A stretch of DNA of 64,000 nucleotides, from positions 233 to 64,232 of the forward strand of contig JAJTHM010000045.1 of assembly GCA_021297855.1 (NCBI GenBank), read 5' to 3'. Below the pieces are notes generated by a model. That model saw only the letters and a program-made list of their open reading frames with translations. It was not told the DNA's origin and did not search any database. Source of the stretch: Sphingobacteriales bacterium. GTDB lineage: Bacteria > Bacteroidota > Bacteroidia > Chitinophagales > JADJOU01. The position numbers were made by a program, and so were the translations under genes. Numbering within the stretch: position 1 is the first letter of the stretch; each line of letters opens with the position of its first letter. Below, piece after piece: positions 18,623-27,476 of this stretch.

Positions 18623-19625
18623 ACTTTTTGATTTTTTTTACTTCTTTATCAAAATCAGAAATGAACTTTTGGTCTTGAATTCTTCTGAACTTTGAATATT
18701 CTGATTCCGCTTTTTTAATTGCCATCTCGTGAGATATTTTACCAGGATTGTTTAATAAATCGTAACGGTTTATTTTTAAAAATGAATCCAATGCTTCAAC
18801 CCATTCATTCATTTTCATTGGAATATTTCTTTCTGCTTGTAATTCAGCAAAATTCAAATAAAGTTCTACAAGTCTGTTCAATTCGCTTATTTCCTTTTCC
18901 GATAAATAGTTTTTTGCAATGTTTGTATCTGACTTTAGAATTTTTCCATCTGGCGAATTTTTCCAAGTAGTTAAGCCCATATTAGGATTGTCAGCATTTG
19001 CTCTACTTTCAATGATTTCAGCAGCTGTATTTCCTGTAATTGCCCAATGAAGTTTATTTTGAACGGTTTTGTAAAAGTTTAACGTCAGGTCTGATTTAAG
19101 GTCATAATCTATACTACATTGAGCATAAATGTCCGTTATTTTTTGGTAGAATCTTCTTTCAGAAGCTCGGATTTCCCGAATTCTCTCAAGTAACTCTTCA
19201 AAATAATCCTTGCCAAATACCTGACCACCTTGTTTCAAGCGTTTATCATCTAAAACAAATCCTTTGATGATAAACTCTTTTAGCGTTTTGGTAGCCCAAA
19301 TACGAAATTGAGTGCCTCTTTGAGATTTGATTCTGTATCCAACTGATATTATTACATCAAGATTATAATAGGAAACCTCATAATCTTTACCATCATCGGC
19401 AGTTGTTCGGAATTTCCGAACAACTTGATTTTCCTCTAATTCTCCTTCCTTAAAAACATTACTAATATGTTCACTTACCGTTGATTTTGACCTTTCAAAC
19501 AACTCTTGCATTGCCTTTTGAGTAAGCCAAACTGTTTCATCATTAACAAAAACGTCTACCTTTACTTCGCCATCTTGAGAAGTGTATAAAATAAAATCGG
19601 AATTACTTGGAGTTATGTTTGACAT
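18609..19625 (-). CDS. rhuM: RhuM family virulence/defence-island protein
   Basis: VWLTQKAMQELF, YYNLDVIISVGYRIKSQRGTQFRIWATKTLKEFIIKGF and ASERRFYQKITDIY are characteristic RhuM blocks. Confidence 0.85.
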   Translation of the reverse strand: MSNITPSNSDFILYTSQDGEVKVDVFVNDETVWLTQKAMQELFERSKSTVSEHISNVFKEGELEENQVVRKFRTTADDGKDYEVSYYNLDVIISVGYRIKSQRGTQFRIWATKTLKEFIIKGFVLDDKRLKQGGQVFGKDYFEELLERIREIRASERRFYQKITDIYAQCSIDYDLKSDLTLNFYKTVQNKLHWAITGNTAAEIIESRANADNPNMGLTTWKNSPDGKILKSDTNIAKNYLSEKEISELNRLVELYLNFAELQAERNIPMKMNEWVEALDSFLKINRYDLLNNPGKISHEMAIKKAESEYSKFRRIQDQKFISDFDKEVKKIKKYGNK

Positions 19626-19631
19626 CTTTTA

Positions 19632-19823
19632 CTATTCTGATTTTAAAAATTCTGTTTCAACATAATCATCAGCATCTAGTACAATTTCTTCTTTCTTGTA
19701 TAAATCTTGAATCTTTGAAAATGCTTCATCAGCAGAATTAGCTTCAATCTCAATAATTCTTGAAAGTGTTTCTTTTACTTCAATCTTAAATGTTTCCATA
19801 TTTGATTTTTTTATAATTACCAC
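19632..19823 (-). CDS. dpnD: DpnD/PcfM-like small protein
   Basis: FKIEVKETLSRIIEIEANSADEAFSKIQDLYKKEEIVLDADDYVETEF fits the DpnD/PcfM pattern. The start could instead be the internal METFK at 19799. Confidence 0.6.
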   Translation of the reverse strand: MVIIKKSNMETFKIEVKETLSRIIEIEANSADEAFSKIQDLYKKEEIVLDADDYVETEFLKSE

Positions 19824-20565
19824 GACTTACAAATTCAATTATACCTTTATCCCGTAATACTTGAAGTTGCTGTCTTATTTTGTCTTTGATGAAATTGTTA
19901 CTTGGGTATTTCAACTTGAGTTTATCCTCAAATTTATAGACATCTTCTAACGAAAAGGTTTCTTTCTTAATTGAATCAACACAAGCCATTAAATCTAAAA
20001 TCCAACCTTTTGAATCGATTGATTTTCCTCTTAAAAACAAAGTTTTATTAAAAGAGGATTCTACAATTTTCCTGTCAATTAATTTAGAATCTTTTATTAA
20101 AAAAACTTTACCTGCCTCAGCAACATTTGAAATGTCAATATTACAGCCAATCCAACCCGCACGTCTTGCAGTGGTTGATAGTGGTTTTCTTTTAATAATA
20201 ATTTCTGTTGTAAAAAACTGCTTTGGAATAATAAGGAAATTCTCAACTAGCCAATTATTAGAATAGGTTAAAAAGAAAAAATTAGGATTTTGATTTGAAT
20301 TTATCCTTTCAATCATTGTAGAATAAGCTCCGTCATTTATTGTAGTAGAAAGTTTTCCGTTTTTGCTTTTTAATTCAAATTCTTCTTTGCACTTTTTGCA
20401 ATAAAAATCTGCTACAGGTCTATTATTTTCAAATTCATTTAATGGTATTTCTCCGCAGCAAGGACAATATGAGTTTTCTTTAACCCAATTCTCAGTTAAA
20501 ACTCTAGCGATTTGCGAATTACTAGAATATCCCTCCGCAAGTTTTGTATTAAAACTCAAGTTCAT
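19786..20565 (-). CDS. dpnC: DpnI-like methyl-directed (G6mATC) type IIM restriction endonuclease
   Basis: From the internal Met (MNLSFNTKLAEGYSSNSQIARVLTENW) the product aligns along its whole length with DpnI as I recall it. Shared blocks: NRPVADFYC, EEFELKSK, TINDGAY, NPNFFFLTY, RKPL..TARRAGWIGCNI, and the C-terminal wHTH IRQQLQVLRDKGIIEF. The 41-codon extension in the ORF track overlaps dam and is probably not translated. Confidence 0.85.
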   Translation of the reverse strand: MNLSFNTKLAEGYSSNSQIARVLTENWVKENSYCPCCGEIPLNEFENNRPVADFYCKKCKEEFELKSKNGKLSTTINDGAYSTMIERINSNQNPNFFFLTYSNNWLVENFLIIPKQFFTTEIIIKRKPLSTTARRAGWIGCNIDISNVAEAGKVFLIKDSKLIDRKIVESSFNKTLFLRGKSIDSKGWILDLMACVDSIKKETFSLEDVYKFEDKLKLKYPSNNFIKDKIRQQLQVLRDKGIIEFVSRGNYKKIKYGNI

Positions 20566-20566
20566 T

Positions 20567-21526
20567 TTATGCAGCGAGTTTTGCGTTAGGGATTGCAGTG
20601 GAAATCCTTTTGTGAGGAACGAACAAAAGATTGGAACGGAAAGCCCGCCCGAAGGGAACGCCCAAATAATATTTTTCAGGATTTGCATTGATGCTTCTTC
20701 TTGCCTTTACTCTTGAAATAGAAAATTCAGAATAAATTTCATCAAAAAAATTGTCGTTTGTGTCTTTTCCCTTCACATCTGAATTGCTCAACATCCATTT
20801 GTGTCCTTGCTTTTCAAGTTTCGAGCAAAAATTTCTTAGTCTTATTTGTTCCTCATCATTGAATTCATCTTTTGCATAAGAATTGAAACTTGATGTATTA
20901 CTCAATGGTTTATATGGTGGATCAAAATAAAAGAATGAATTAACAGAAGCGTTATTTAAGGTCTCTACATAATCTCCACAGAGAATTTCTACTTTCTGTA
21001 AAACATTACTTACAGCCATAATATTCTGGTCATCACAGATGGTGGGCTTCTTATAACTACCCATTGGAACATTATAACCATTGCTTTTATTTACTCTGTA
21101 TAAACCGTTAAAACAAGTGCGATTGAGAAAAATAAACAAAGCGGCTTGTCCGCTTTTTTCTTCTTTTCTTGTGTTGTACAATTCTCTTTTTATGTAGTAA
21201 TATTCCTTTTTTTCTTCATCCTTTCCTTCAAGGTCGTGATATTCATTTTGAAGAATTTGGAGAATAGAAATAAGTTCCTTTGGCTTTGACGCTATGATTC
21301 TATAAGCGTTTATCAAATCAGTATTTATGTCGTTAATAACAGCATTTTCTAATTTCGGAAAATTATCAAGCATCCAAAATAAAACAGCCCCACTTCCAAC
21401 AAATGGTTCTATATATGTAAACTTTTTGCTAGTTATTTCAATTGGCAGAGACTTTTCAATCTCTGAAATTAGTTGGGTTTTTCCACCTGCCCATTTAAGA
21501 AAAGGTTTTGCAGTTCCGTTTTTCAT
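20567..21526 (-). CDS. dam: Dam/DpnM-like alpha-class N6-adenine DNA methyltransferase with a non-canonical C-terminal tail
   Basis: PFLKWAGGK, EPFVGSGAV (motif I), NRTCFNGLYRVN, FYFDPPY (motif IV) and ARRSINANPEK. The last ~34 aa show no Dam-like sequence. Confidence 0.85.
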   Translation of the reverse strand: MKNGTAKPFLKWAGGKTQLISEIEKSLPIEITSKKFTYIEPFVGSGAVLFWMLDNFPKLENAVINDINTDLINAYRIIASKPKELISILQILQNEYHDLEGKDEEKKEYYYIKRELYNTRKEEKSGQAALFIFLNRTCFNGLYRVNKSNGYNVPMGSYKKPTICDDQNIMAVSNVLQKVEILCGDYVETLNNASVNSFFYFDPPYKPLSNTSSFNSYAKDEFNDEEQIRLRNFCSKLEKQGHKWMLSNSDVKGKDTNDNFFDEIYSEFSISRVKARRSINANPEKYYLGVPFGRAFRSNLLFVPHKRISTAIPNAKLAA

Positions 21527-21813
21527 ATTAATGTTTTTAAAATATTTTTTGCTTTATTCAAACCTTGCATTGCGAAAGGGTCATTTTCAATGGTGTCGAG
21601 AAGCTTGTCACTAAGCCAAAGAGTAAGCAATTCTTCGTCCGTTGCGTTGTAAAATTTAGCAAGTTTAACTACTTGTTCTCTGGTCAGTCTTCTTTCGCCT
21701 CGTTCAATTTTACTAATTAAAGCGGTGTCGATTTCGAGATAAGCCGCAACCTGTCGTAGTAGTATACTCTTCGATTCTCTTATTGTCCTTATTTTTTCTC
21801 CGAGTGAATTCAT
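21523..21813 (-). CDS. XRE-family HTH regulator (controller-like) heading the R-M operon
   Basis: IRESKSILLRQVAAYLEIDTALISKIERGERRLT HTH. 4-nt overlap with the dam start. Confidence 0.75.
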   Translation of the reverse strand: MNSLGEKIRTIRESKSILLRQVAAYLEIDTALISKIERGERRLTREQVVKLAKFYNATDEELLTLWLSDKLLDTIENDPFAMQGLNKAKNILKTLI

Positions 21814-21966
21814 TGTACACAGCTTGATTTGTCAATATGTGTCAAATGTAGCCAAAATAATTATTCCGTTGTCTATTAATTGTCGAGAAATTATTCACAT
21901 TCTGGGTGCGTTGGCTAGAAAGCGGCTTCCCGAAAAGTCGTGACAGGCTTTTTGGTTTTGCGATGG

Positions 21967-22036
21967 GTATTTACTCCCACACGTGCGGCATAAGATTTAT
22001 ATCTATTGGCATAAGACATAAATCTCATTGGTAATA
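21967..22036 (+). repeat. dispersed repeat, family F (ACTCCC(A/G)CACGTGCGG core), copy 1
   Basis: Resembles 58687-58748. The ends GGTAT...CATTGGTA(A/T)TAC are shared. Confidence 0.4.
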
Positions 22037-22064
22037 CTTGGAAAAATAATAATAGATTTGTCTA

Positions 22065-25000
22065 ATGTTAAATTTACAATTGCGAATGTATCAATCGAAA
22101 GAAAACAGATTTAAGCATCCTATTTTGGGCTATTTCCCCTTGACTCTTTTATTTTTTACTCTCTTATGGTTTGAAACGCCTCTTTTAGCACAAGAAACGA
22201 GCTTCAAAACCAATGGTCCTGATGATTTCAGAGAGAGCCATTACGCCCTTATCCATGCTAAGGTATACAAAGATTTCCAAACCATTTTGCCAAATGCTAC
22301 CGTGGTGATTAAAAACGGAAAAATTGTCGATATCAATACTAGTGGAACTTTCCCGGTCGGAGCTGTGGTTCGTGATTTGAAAGGAAAATTCATTTATCCT
22401 TCTTTTATAGATATCTACTCAGATTATGGTATGCCTAAGGTCAAAAAAGGAACCAAAGAAGAAGGAGTACAATACGAATCCAATACTAAAGGGGCTTATG
22501 GCTGGAATCAAGCCATACACAGTGATTTCGATGCTAGTAGAAATTTTGTAAAAGACGACTCGGCTGCTATGGTTTATCGCAAGCAAGGTTTTGGTACCGT
22601 CGTATCGCATCAGAAAGATGGTATAGCCAGAGGAACAGCCACTCTCGTGCTACTGGGCAATGAAAAAGAAAATGTATTGATAAAAAATAGCCGAATGGCT
22701 TCGGTATTTTCTTTTGATAAAGGGAGCTCCACCCAAGAGTATCCAACTAGCTTGATGGGCTCTATAGCGCTACTTCGCCAAACACACCTAGATGCCAATT
22801 GGTATTCAAAAGCGTTGGCCACCAAGGAGTACAACATCCATTTAGAGGCCTGGAATGAGAATAAGAAACTCATTTCCTTTTTTGATGCAGGAAACTGGGA
22901 AACTATTTTGCGAGCAGATAAGGTCGGCGATGAATTTGGCATTCAATATATATTTCGAACCGATGGGAGCGAGTATCAACGTATAGAGGAAATCAAAAAT
23001 ACCAAAGGCAAACTCATTGTGCCGCTCAACTACCCAAAGGCCTATGAGGTGAGCGATATATACAAAACACAATTTGTCGATTTAATCGAGATGAAGCATT
23101 GGGAGCACGCTCCTGCTAATTGTACCTATTTGGATAGAAATAAAATTGATTTTGCCATTACATCGGATCAATTGGAAAAGCGCGATGACTTCTTAAAAAA
23201 CCTTCGAATAGCATTGAAATATGGGATATCAGAGTCGGCTTTGCTCAAAGCTTTGACCTATAATCCTGCACAATTTTTAAATATATACAATGAGTTTGGA
23301 AGTATAGAAAAAGGAAAATGGGCGAATTTCTTTATCTCAGATAAAAATATATTTGATGAGCGCGCGCAGATAATAGAAAACTGGGTAGGGGGTAAAAAGT
23401 ATATCATTCAAAAAATAGAAGACTATGATATTAGGGGCAGCTATCGTTTATCGACCCTCGCAGGAATACCTTCCTTATCGACTAAAAAAATGATTTTGAG
23501 CGGGGAAAAAAACGCACCGAAAATGCAAGTAATATTTACCGATACCCTCAAGATAGATGTCAAACTGGAACGCAATGGCAAGGATATCGCTTTTTCAATG
23601 ATTCCTTTTCCTTCAGACGAGAATAAAAAATATTTTTTCACAGGCACCATAGACCCAGCAAGCCATAGTTGGCAAGGCATAGGGAAGTACCCAAATGGCT
23701 CTGAGTTCAAATGGATAGTTCAGCGGGATAGCAGCTACACGGACACGAGCAAGCGAAAAATGGATAGTGTGGCTATCGCATCGCTCAGTAAAATAACCTA
23801 TCCTATGCATGGATACGGATTTGATAAACTACCTATACATGAAAATGTCTTATTCAAAAATGCTACGCTCTGGACGAATGAGGCTGAAGGAATTTCACCG
23901 TTATCCGATTTAATAATAAAAAATGGAAAGATAGTCCAAGTGGGCAAAAATCTATCTTGTGCAGATTGCAAAATAGTGGATGCCACAGGCAAGCATTTGA
24001 CAGCAGGTATCATAGATGAGCATACGCACATAGCGCTGCGTGGGGTCAATGAAGGCTCAAAGAGTATCAGCGCTGAGGTGCGTATGGGCGATGTCATTAA
24101 TCCTTCAGATATCAATATCTATAGACATTTAGCTGGTGGAGTTACAGCTGCCCAGTTGCTTCATGGCTCAGCCAATGCTATAGGCGGTCAGTCTGCCTTA
24201 ATAAAAATGCGTTGGGGCTACACTGGAGATCAAATGAAGATTGAAGGTGCCGATGGATTTATAAAATTTGCATTAGGAGAAAATGTTAAACAGTCCAACT
24301 GGGGTCCTAAATTTAATACGCGTTATCCGCAAACGAGAATGGGTGTGGAGCAGACTTATGTCAATTATTTTACCAAGGCTCAAGAGTATTTGAAAAATGT
24401 GCAAACAGACCCCAATAATACGAGAAAGGATTTGGAGCTTGAAGCGATGGCTGAGATTTTGAATAAGAAAAGATTCATCACTTGCCACTCTTATGTTCAG
24501 TCTGAAATCACTATGCTGATGAGGGTTGCTGAGCGGTTCAATTTTAAAGTAAATACATTTACCCATATTCTCGAAGGATACAAAGTGGCGGATAAAATGA
24601 AAAATCATGGGGTGTACGCCTCTTCATTTTCAGACTGGTGGGCCTATAAGTTTGAAGTGATTGATGCGATCCCGCAAAATGCAGGCATTTTGACCCAAAT
24701 GGGTGTCACGACCGCTATCAATTCCGACGATGCGGAGATGGCACGCAGGCTCAATCAGGAAGCGGCCAAAAGTGTGAAGTATGCCAAAATGAGCGAGGAA
24801 GATGCCTGGAAAATGGTTACCCTCAATCCTGCGAAAATGCTTCATTTGGATCATAAAATGGGTAGTCTTAAAGTGGGTAAAGATGCCGATATAGTGCTGT
24901 GGTCAGACAATCCATTATCCATTTATGCTGTAGCAGAGCGCACCTATGTGGATGGCAAGTGCTTCTATTCATTAGAACAAACCAATACCTTGAATGAACG

Positions 25001-25133
25001 CATCAAGATAGAGCGCGCCAAACTGATTCAAAAGATGACCGAGGAGAAAAAAACGGGTGCAGAGACGCAAGAACCCGCAAAAAAACAAAAATATTCATTT
25101 AGCTGCGGCAATGAATCTGAATGTTTACATTGA
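22065..25133 (+). CDS. large secreted amidohydrolase family protein
   Basis: 1022 aa with an N-terminal hydrophobic signal. DEHTHIALRG metal-binding motif and GSLKVGKDADIVLW C-terminal amidohydrolase motif. Confidence 0.75.
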   Translation: MLNLQLRMYQSKENRFKHPILGYFPLTLLFFTLLWFETPLLAQETSFKTNGPDDFRESHYALIHAKVYKDFQTILPNATVVIKNGKIVDINTSGTFPVGAVVRDLKGKFIYPSFIDIYSDYGMPKVKKGTKEEGVQYESNTKGAYGWNQAIHSDFDASRNFVKDDSAAMVYRKQGFGTVVSHQKDGIARGTATLVLLGNEKENVLIKNSRMASVFSFDKGSSTQEYPTSLMGSIALLRQTHLDANWYSKALATKEYNIHLEAWNENKKLISFFDAGNWETILRADKVGDEFGIQYIFRTDGSEYQRIEEIKNTKGKLIVPLNYPKAYEVSDIYKTQFVDLIEMKHWEHAPANCTYLDRNKIDFAITSDQLEKRDDFLKNLRIALKYGISESALLKALTYNPAQFLNIYNEFGSIEKGKWANFFISDKNIFDERAQIIENWVGGKKYIIQKIEDYDIRGSYRLSTLAGIPSLSTKKMILSGEKNAPKMQVIFTDTLKIDVKLERNGKDIAFSMIPFPSDENKKYFFTGTIDPASHSWQGIGKYPNGSEFKWIVQRDSSYTDTSKRKMDSVAIASLSKITYPMHGYGFDKLPIHENVLFKNATLWTNEAEGISPLSDLIIKNGKIVQVGKNLSCADCKIVDATGKHLTAGIIDEHTHIALRGVNEGSKSISAEVRMGDVINPSDINIYRHLAGGVTAAQLLHGSANAIGGQSALIKMRWGYTGDQMKIEGADGFIKFALGENVKQSNWGPKFNTRYPQTRMGVEQTYVNYFTKAQEYLKNVQTDPNNTRKDLELEAMAEILNKKRFITCHSYVQSEITMLMRVAERFNFKVNTFTHILEGYKVADKMKNHGVYASSFSDWWAYKFEVIDAIPQNAGILTQMGVTTAINSDDAEMARRLNQEAAKSVKYAKMSEEDAWKMVTLNPAKMLHLDHKMGSLKVGKDADIVLWSDNPLSIYAVAERTYVDGKCFYSLEQTNTLNERIKIERAKLIQKMTEEKKTGAETQEPAKKQKYSFSCGNESECLH

Positions 25134-25159
25134 TATATTTTATACATAAAAATCGACCC

Positions 25160-26464
25160 ATGAGATGTCCGAATATTAAATTTTTAATTCATTTCGTTTT
25201 AATTCCGTTGCATGTTGTTTCGCAAGATATTCCAACTCCAGCACTCAAGCAGTCTGAACAAATTTGCATTAAAGGTGCTACTATTCATGTCGGCAATGGT
25301 CAGGTTTTGGAAGATGCTTATCTAATTTTTGAAAATGGAAAAATCTTAGATATCTATTCCGCTAAAGTTGGCAAAGGAAAGGAACCAGCATGTAAAACGA
25401 TTGATGCAGGCGGCAAACATATTTATCCAGCATTGATAGGACTAAATACGCATCTCGGTCTAGCTGAAATAGAGGCAGTGCGCGCTACCAACGATGGAAT
25501 AGAACAGGGAAGTCAAAATGCGAATGTCCGTTCTATCGTGTCCTACAATACGGATTCACGTGTGACCCCTACTGTGCGGAGCAATGGTGTATTGTATGCC
25601 CAGATAGTGCCCGGAGGCGGCATTGTCTCAGGAACTACTTCTCTGGTGCAGCTCGATGCTTGGAACTGGGAGGATGCAGCTATAGTAGCAGAAGAAGGAG
25701 CTGTATTAAATTGGCCTAGATTATTCAACAAGTCGGGTTGGTGGGCAGAGGCCAAAGGGTTTGAAGTGAATAAAGATTATGAGCAGCAACGTCAAGAAAT
25801 CATAGACTATTTCATGGAAGCGAGAGGTTATTCGCAGGCAGATTATCCAAAGAAGAATTTGAGATTTGAGAGTTTGAAAGAGGTCGTTCACGGCAAACGC
25901 AGACTATACATCAATGCCAATCATATCAAGGAAATATTGCATGCAATTGATTTTGCAGAGCAATTGGGTTTGAAGATAACCTTGATTGGCGCAGCCGATG
26001 CCTATCATATAGCTGATCTGCTAGCCAAGAAAAATATACCAGTGATACTCGGACGAACGCATGAACTGCCGAATTATGCAGATGAAGACATTCACCAACC
26101 TTACAAAACTCCTGCCATTTTGAAAAAGGCAGGGGTACTCTTTGCTATCAGCAATGAAGGTTTCTGGCAGGTGCGAAACCTCGCATTTCAAGCGGGACAG
26201 TCCGTTCCCTTTGGATTGACCAAAGAAGAAGCTATTATGTCTATTACCCTCCATCCAGCTAAAATTTTAGGTGTGGAGAATAGATTAGGTTCCCTAGAGA
26301 TAGGCAAAGATGCGAGTTTTATCATATCGGATGGCGACGTGCTAGATATGCGCACATCCATTATATCTAGTGCTTATATTGAAGGCAGGCTGGTGGATTT
26401 GGGAAATAAGCAAACAGACTTGTACCATAAATATTTGCAGAAATACGGTCTCGAGGTGAAGTGA
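25160..26464 (+). CDS. secreted amidohydrolase family protein
   Basis: GSLEIGKDASFIISDGD C-terminal motif. The start is placed at MRCPNIKF, ahead of a signal-like segment; the ORF track begins at 25121. Confidence 0.7.
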   Translation: MRCPNIKFLIHFVLIPLHVVSQDIPTPALKQSEQICIKGATIHVGNGQVLEDAYLIFENGKILDIYSAKVGKGKEPACKTIDAGGKHIYPALIGLNTHLGLAEIEAVRATNDGIEQGSQNANVRSIVSYNTDSRVTPTVRSNGVLYAQIVPGGGIVSGTTSLVQLDAWNWEDAAIVAEEGAVLNWPRLFNKSGWWAEAKGFEVNKDYEQQRQEIIDYFMEARGYSQADYPKKNLRFESLKEVVHGKRRLYINANHIKEILHAIDFAEQLGLKITLIGAADAYHIADLLAKKNIPVILGRTHELPNYADEDIHQPYKTPAILKKAGVLFAISNEGFWQVRNLAFQAGQSVPFGLTKEEAIMSITLHPAKILGVENRLGSLEIGKDASFIISDGDVLDMRTSIISSAYIEGRLVDLGNKQTDLYHKYLQKYGLEVK

Positions 26465-26508
26465 AAATAATATTGAATATTTTTTCTAAGAATCATTTAA
26501 TTAGGATT

Positions 26509-26611
26509 CAATGTCGTTTAGATAAGAATACGAATGCTGCGCGAGACACGCAGCATGGCGAACTGCAATGGTTGGTGTCCCCAGGAACCAAACACGAACT
26601 AAACGACATTG
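26509..26611 (-). repeat. MITE-like element, family A (copy 2, inverted)
   Basis: Its reverse complement is roughly 85-90 percent identical by eye to 2029-2132. Confidence 0.7.
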
Positions 26612-26785
26612 AAATAGGATTCTTCAACTTTCTGTGTCTCCATGTTTTTATTGTATGAATTAGCCTTGTTTTGAAGTAATTTAACACTGACAGATTTCAT
26701 TTTGTATTTTCTTTTTTATAGATTTGCCAAGTTGTAAGTTTTGCAGCTAATTCAAATTAGAATTTTAAATAAATAATTTTTATAA

Positions 26786-27448
26786 ATGAGCACAAAAGGG
26801 CTTTCTTCATTGACCAAGAAGTACATTATGGGACTTTCTGGGATTTTTCTCATCCTATTTCTCATCGTTCACTGCGGATTAAACTGTTTGGTCTTTTTGC
26901 GAGATGGTGGAGTTACCTTCTCTCATGCTGCCCACTTTATGGGAAGTAATATCCTAATGCGAACGCTAGAATGGGGATTAGTAATTGGTTTTCTGGTACA
27001 CATTTTTGACGGATTCACCCTTTGGTATCAAAACGCCAAGGCTCGTCCGCAAGGATATGCTAAAGTCGATGCTTCTAAAAATTCACCTTGGTATTCCAGA
27101 AGTATGGGCATACTAGGTAGCCTGCTACTCATGTTTTTAATTATTCATGCAGGTGATTTTTGGATTCCAAATAGACTGAGTCAATTTAATACTGGTCAAG
27201 AAAAAGATTTGTTTGCTATGATGAAAGAAGAATTTAGCAATCCTTTTATAGTATTTTTGTATGTGGCATCTTGCTTTTCTTTGTTTTGGCATTTATTGCA
27301 TGGGTTCAAATCAGCTTTCCAATCCTTGGGGTTGAATCATAGCAAATATAATGGCGCGATAGAAAAGGCAGGAATTGCATTCTCTATTATTGTACCAACT
27401 CTATTTGCTTTGATGCCTTTAGGTTTTTATTTTGGAATTGTAAAGTAA
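26786..27448 (+). CDS. sdhC: succinate dehydrogenase/fumarate reductase cytochrome b subunit (b558 family)
   Basis: 220 aa, 5 TM segments, KKYIMGLSGIFLILFLIVH start, positioned upstream of sdhA. Confidence 0.8.
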   Translation: MSTKGLSSLTKKYIMGLSGIFLILFLIVHCGLNCLVFLRDGGVTFSHAAHFMGSNILMRTLEWGLVIGFLVHIFDGFTLWYQNAKARPQGYAKVDASKNSPWYSRSMGILGSLLLMFLIIHAGDFWIPNRLSQFNTGQEKDLFAMMKEEFSNPFIVFLYVASCFSLFWHLLHGFKSAFQSLGLNHSKYNGAIEKAGIAFSIIVPTLFALMPLGFYFGIVK

Positions 27449-27476
27449 TTAATTGAATTAATAGAATAACATAGAT

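Noticed and set aside
22419-24854. Six minus-strand ORFs of 63-111 aa inside the 1022-aa amidohydrolase gene
   Set aside because: These are antisense shadow ORFs with low-complexity, motif-free translations. The plus-strand gene has clear amidohydrolase motifs across the whole span.
26461-26658. 65-aa plus-strand ORF after the second amidohydrolase
   Set aside because: It coincides with the family A MITE-like repeat, and its sequence is explained by the repeat.
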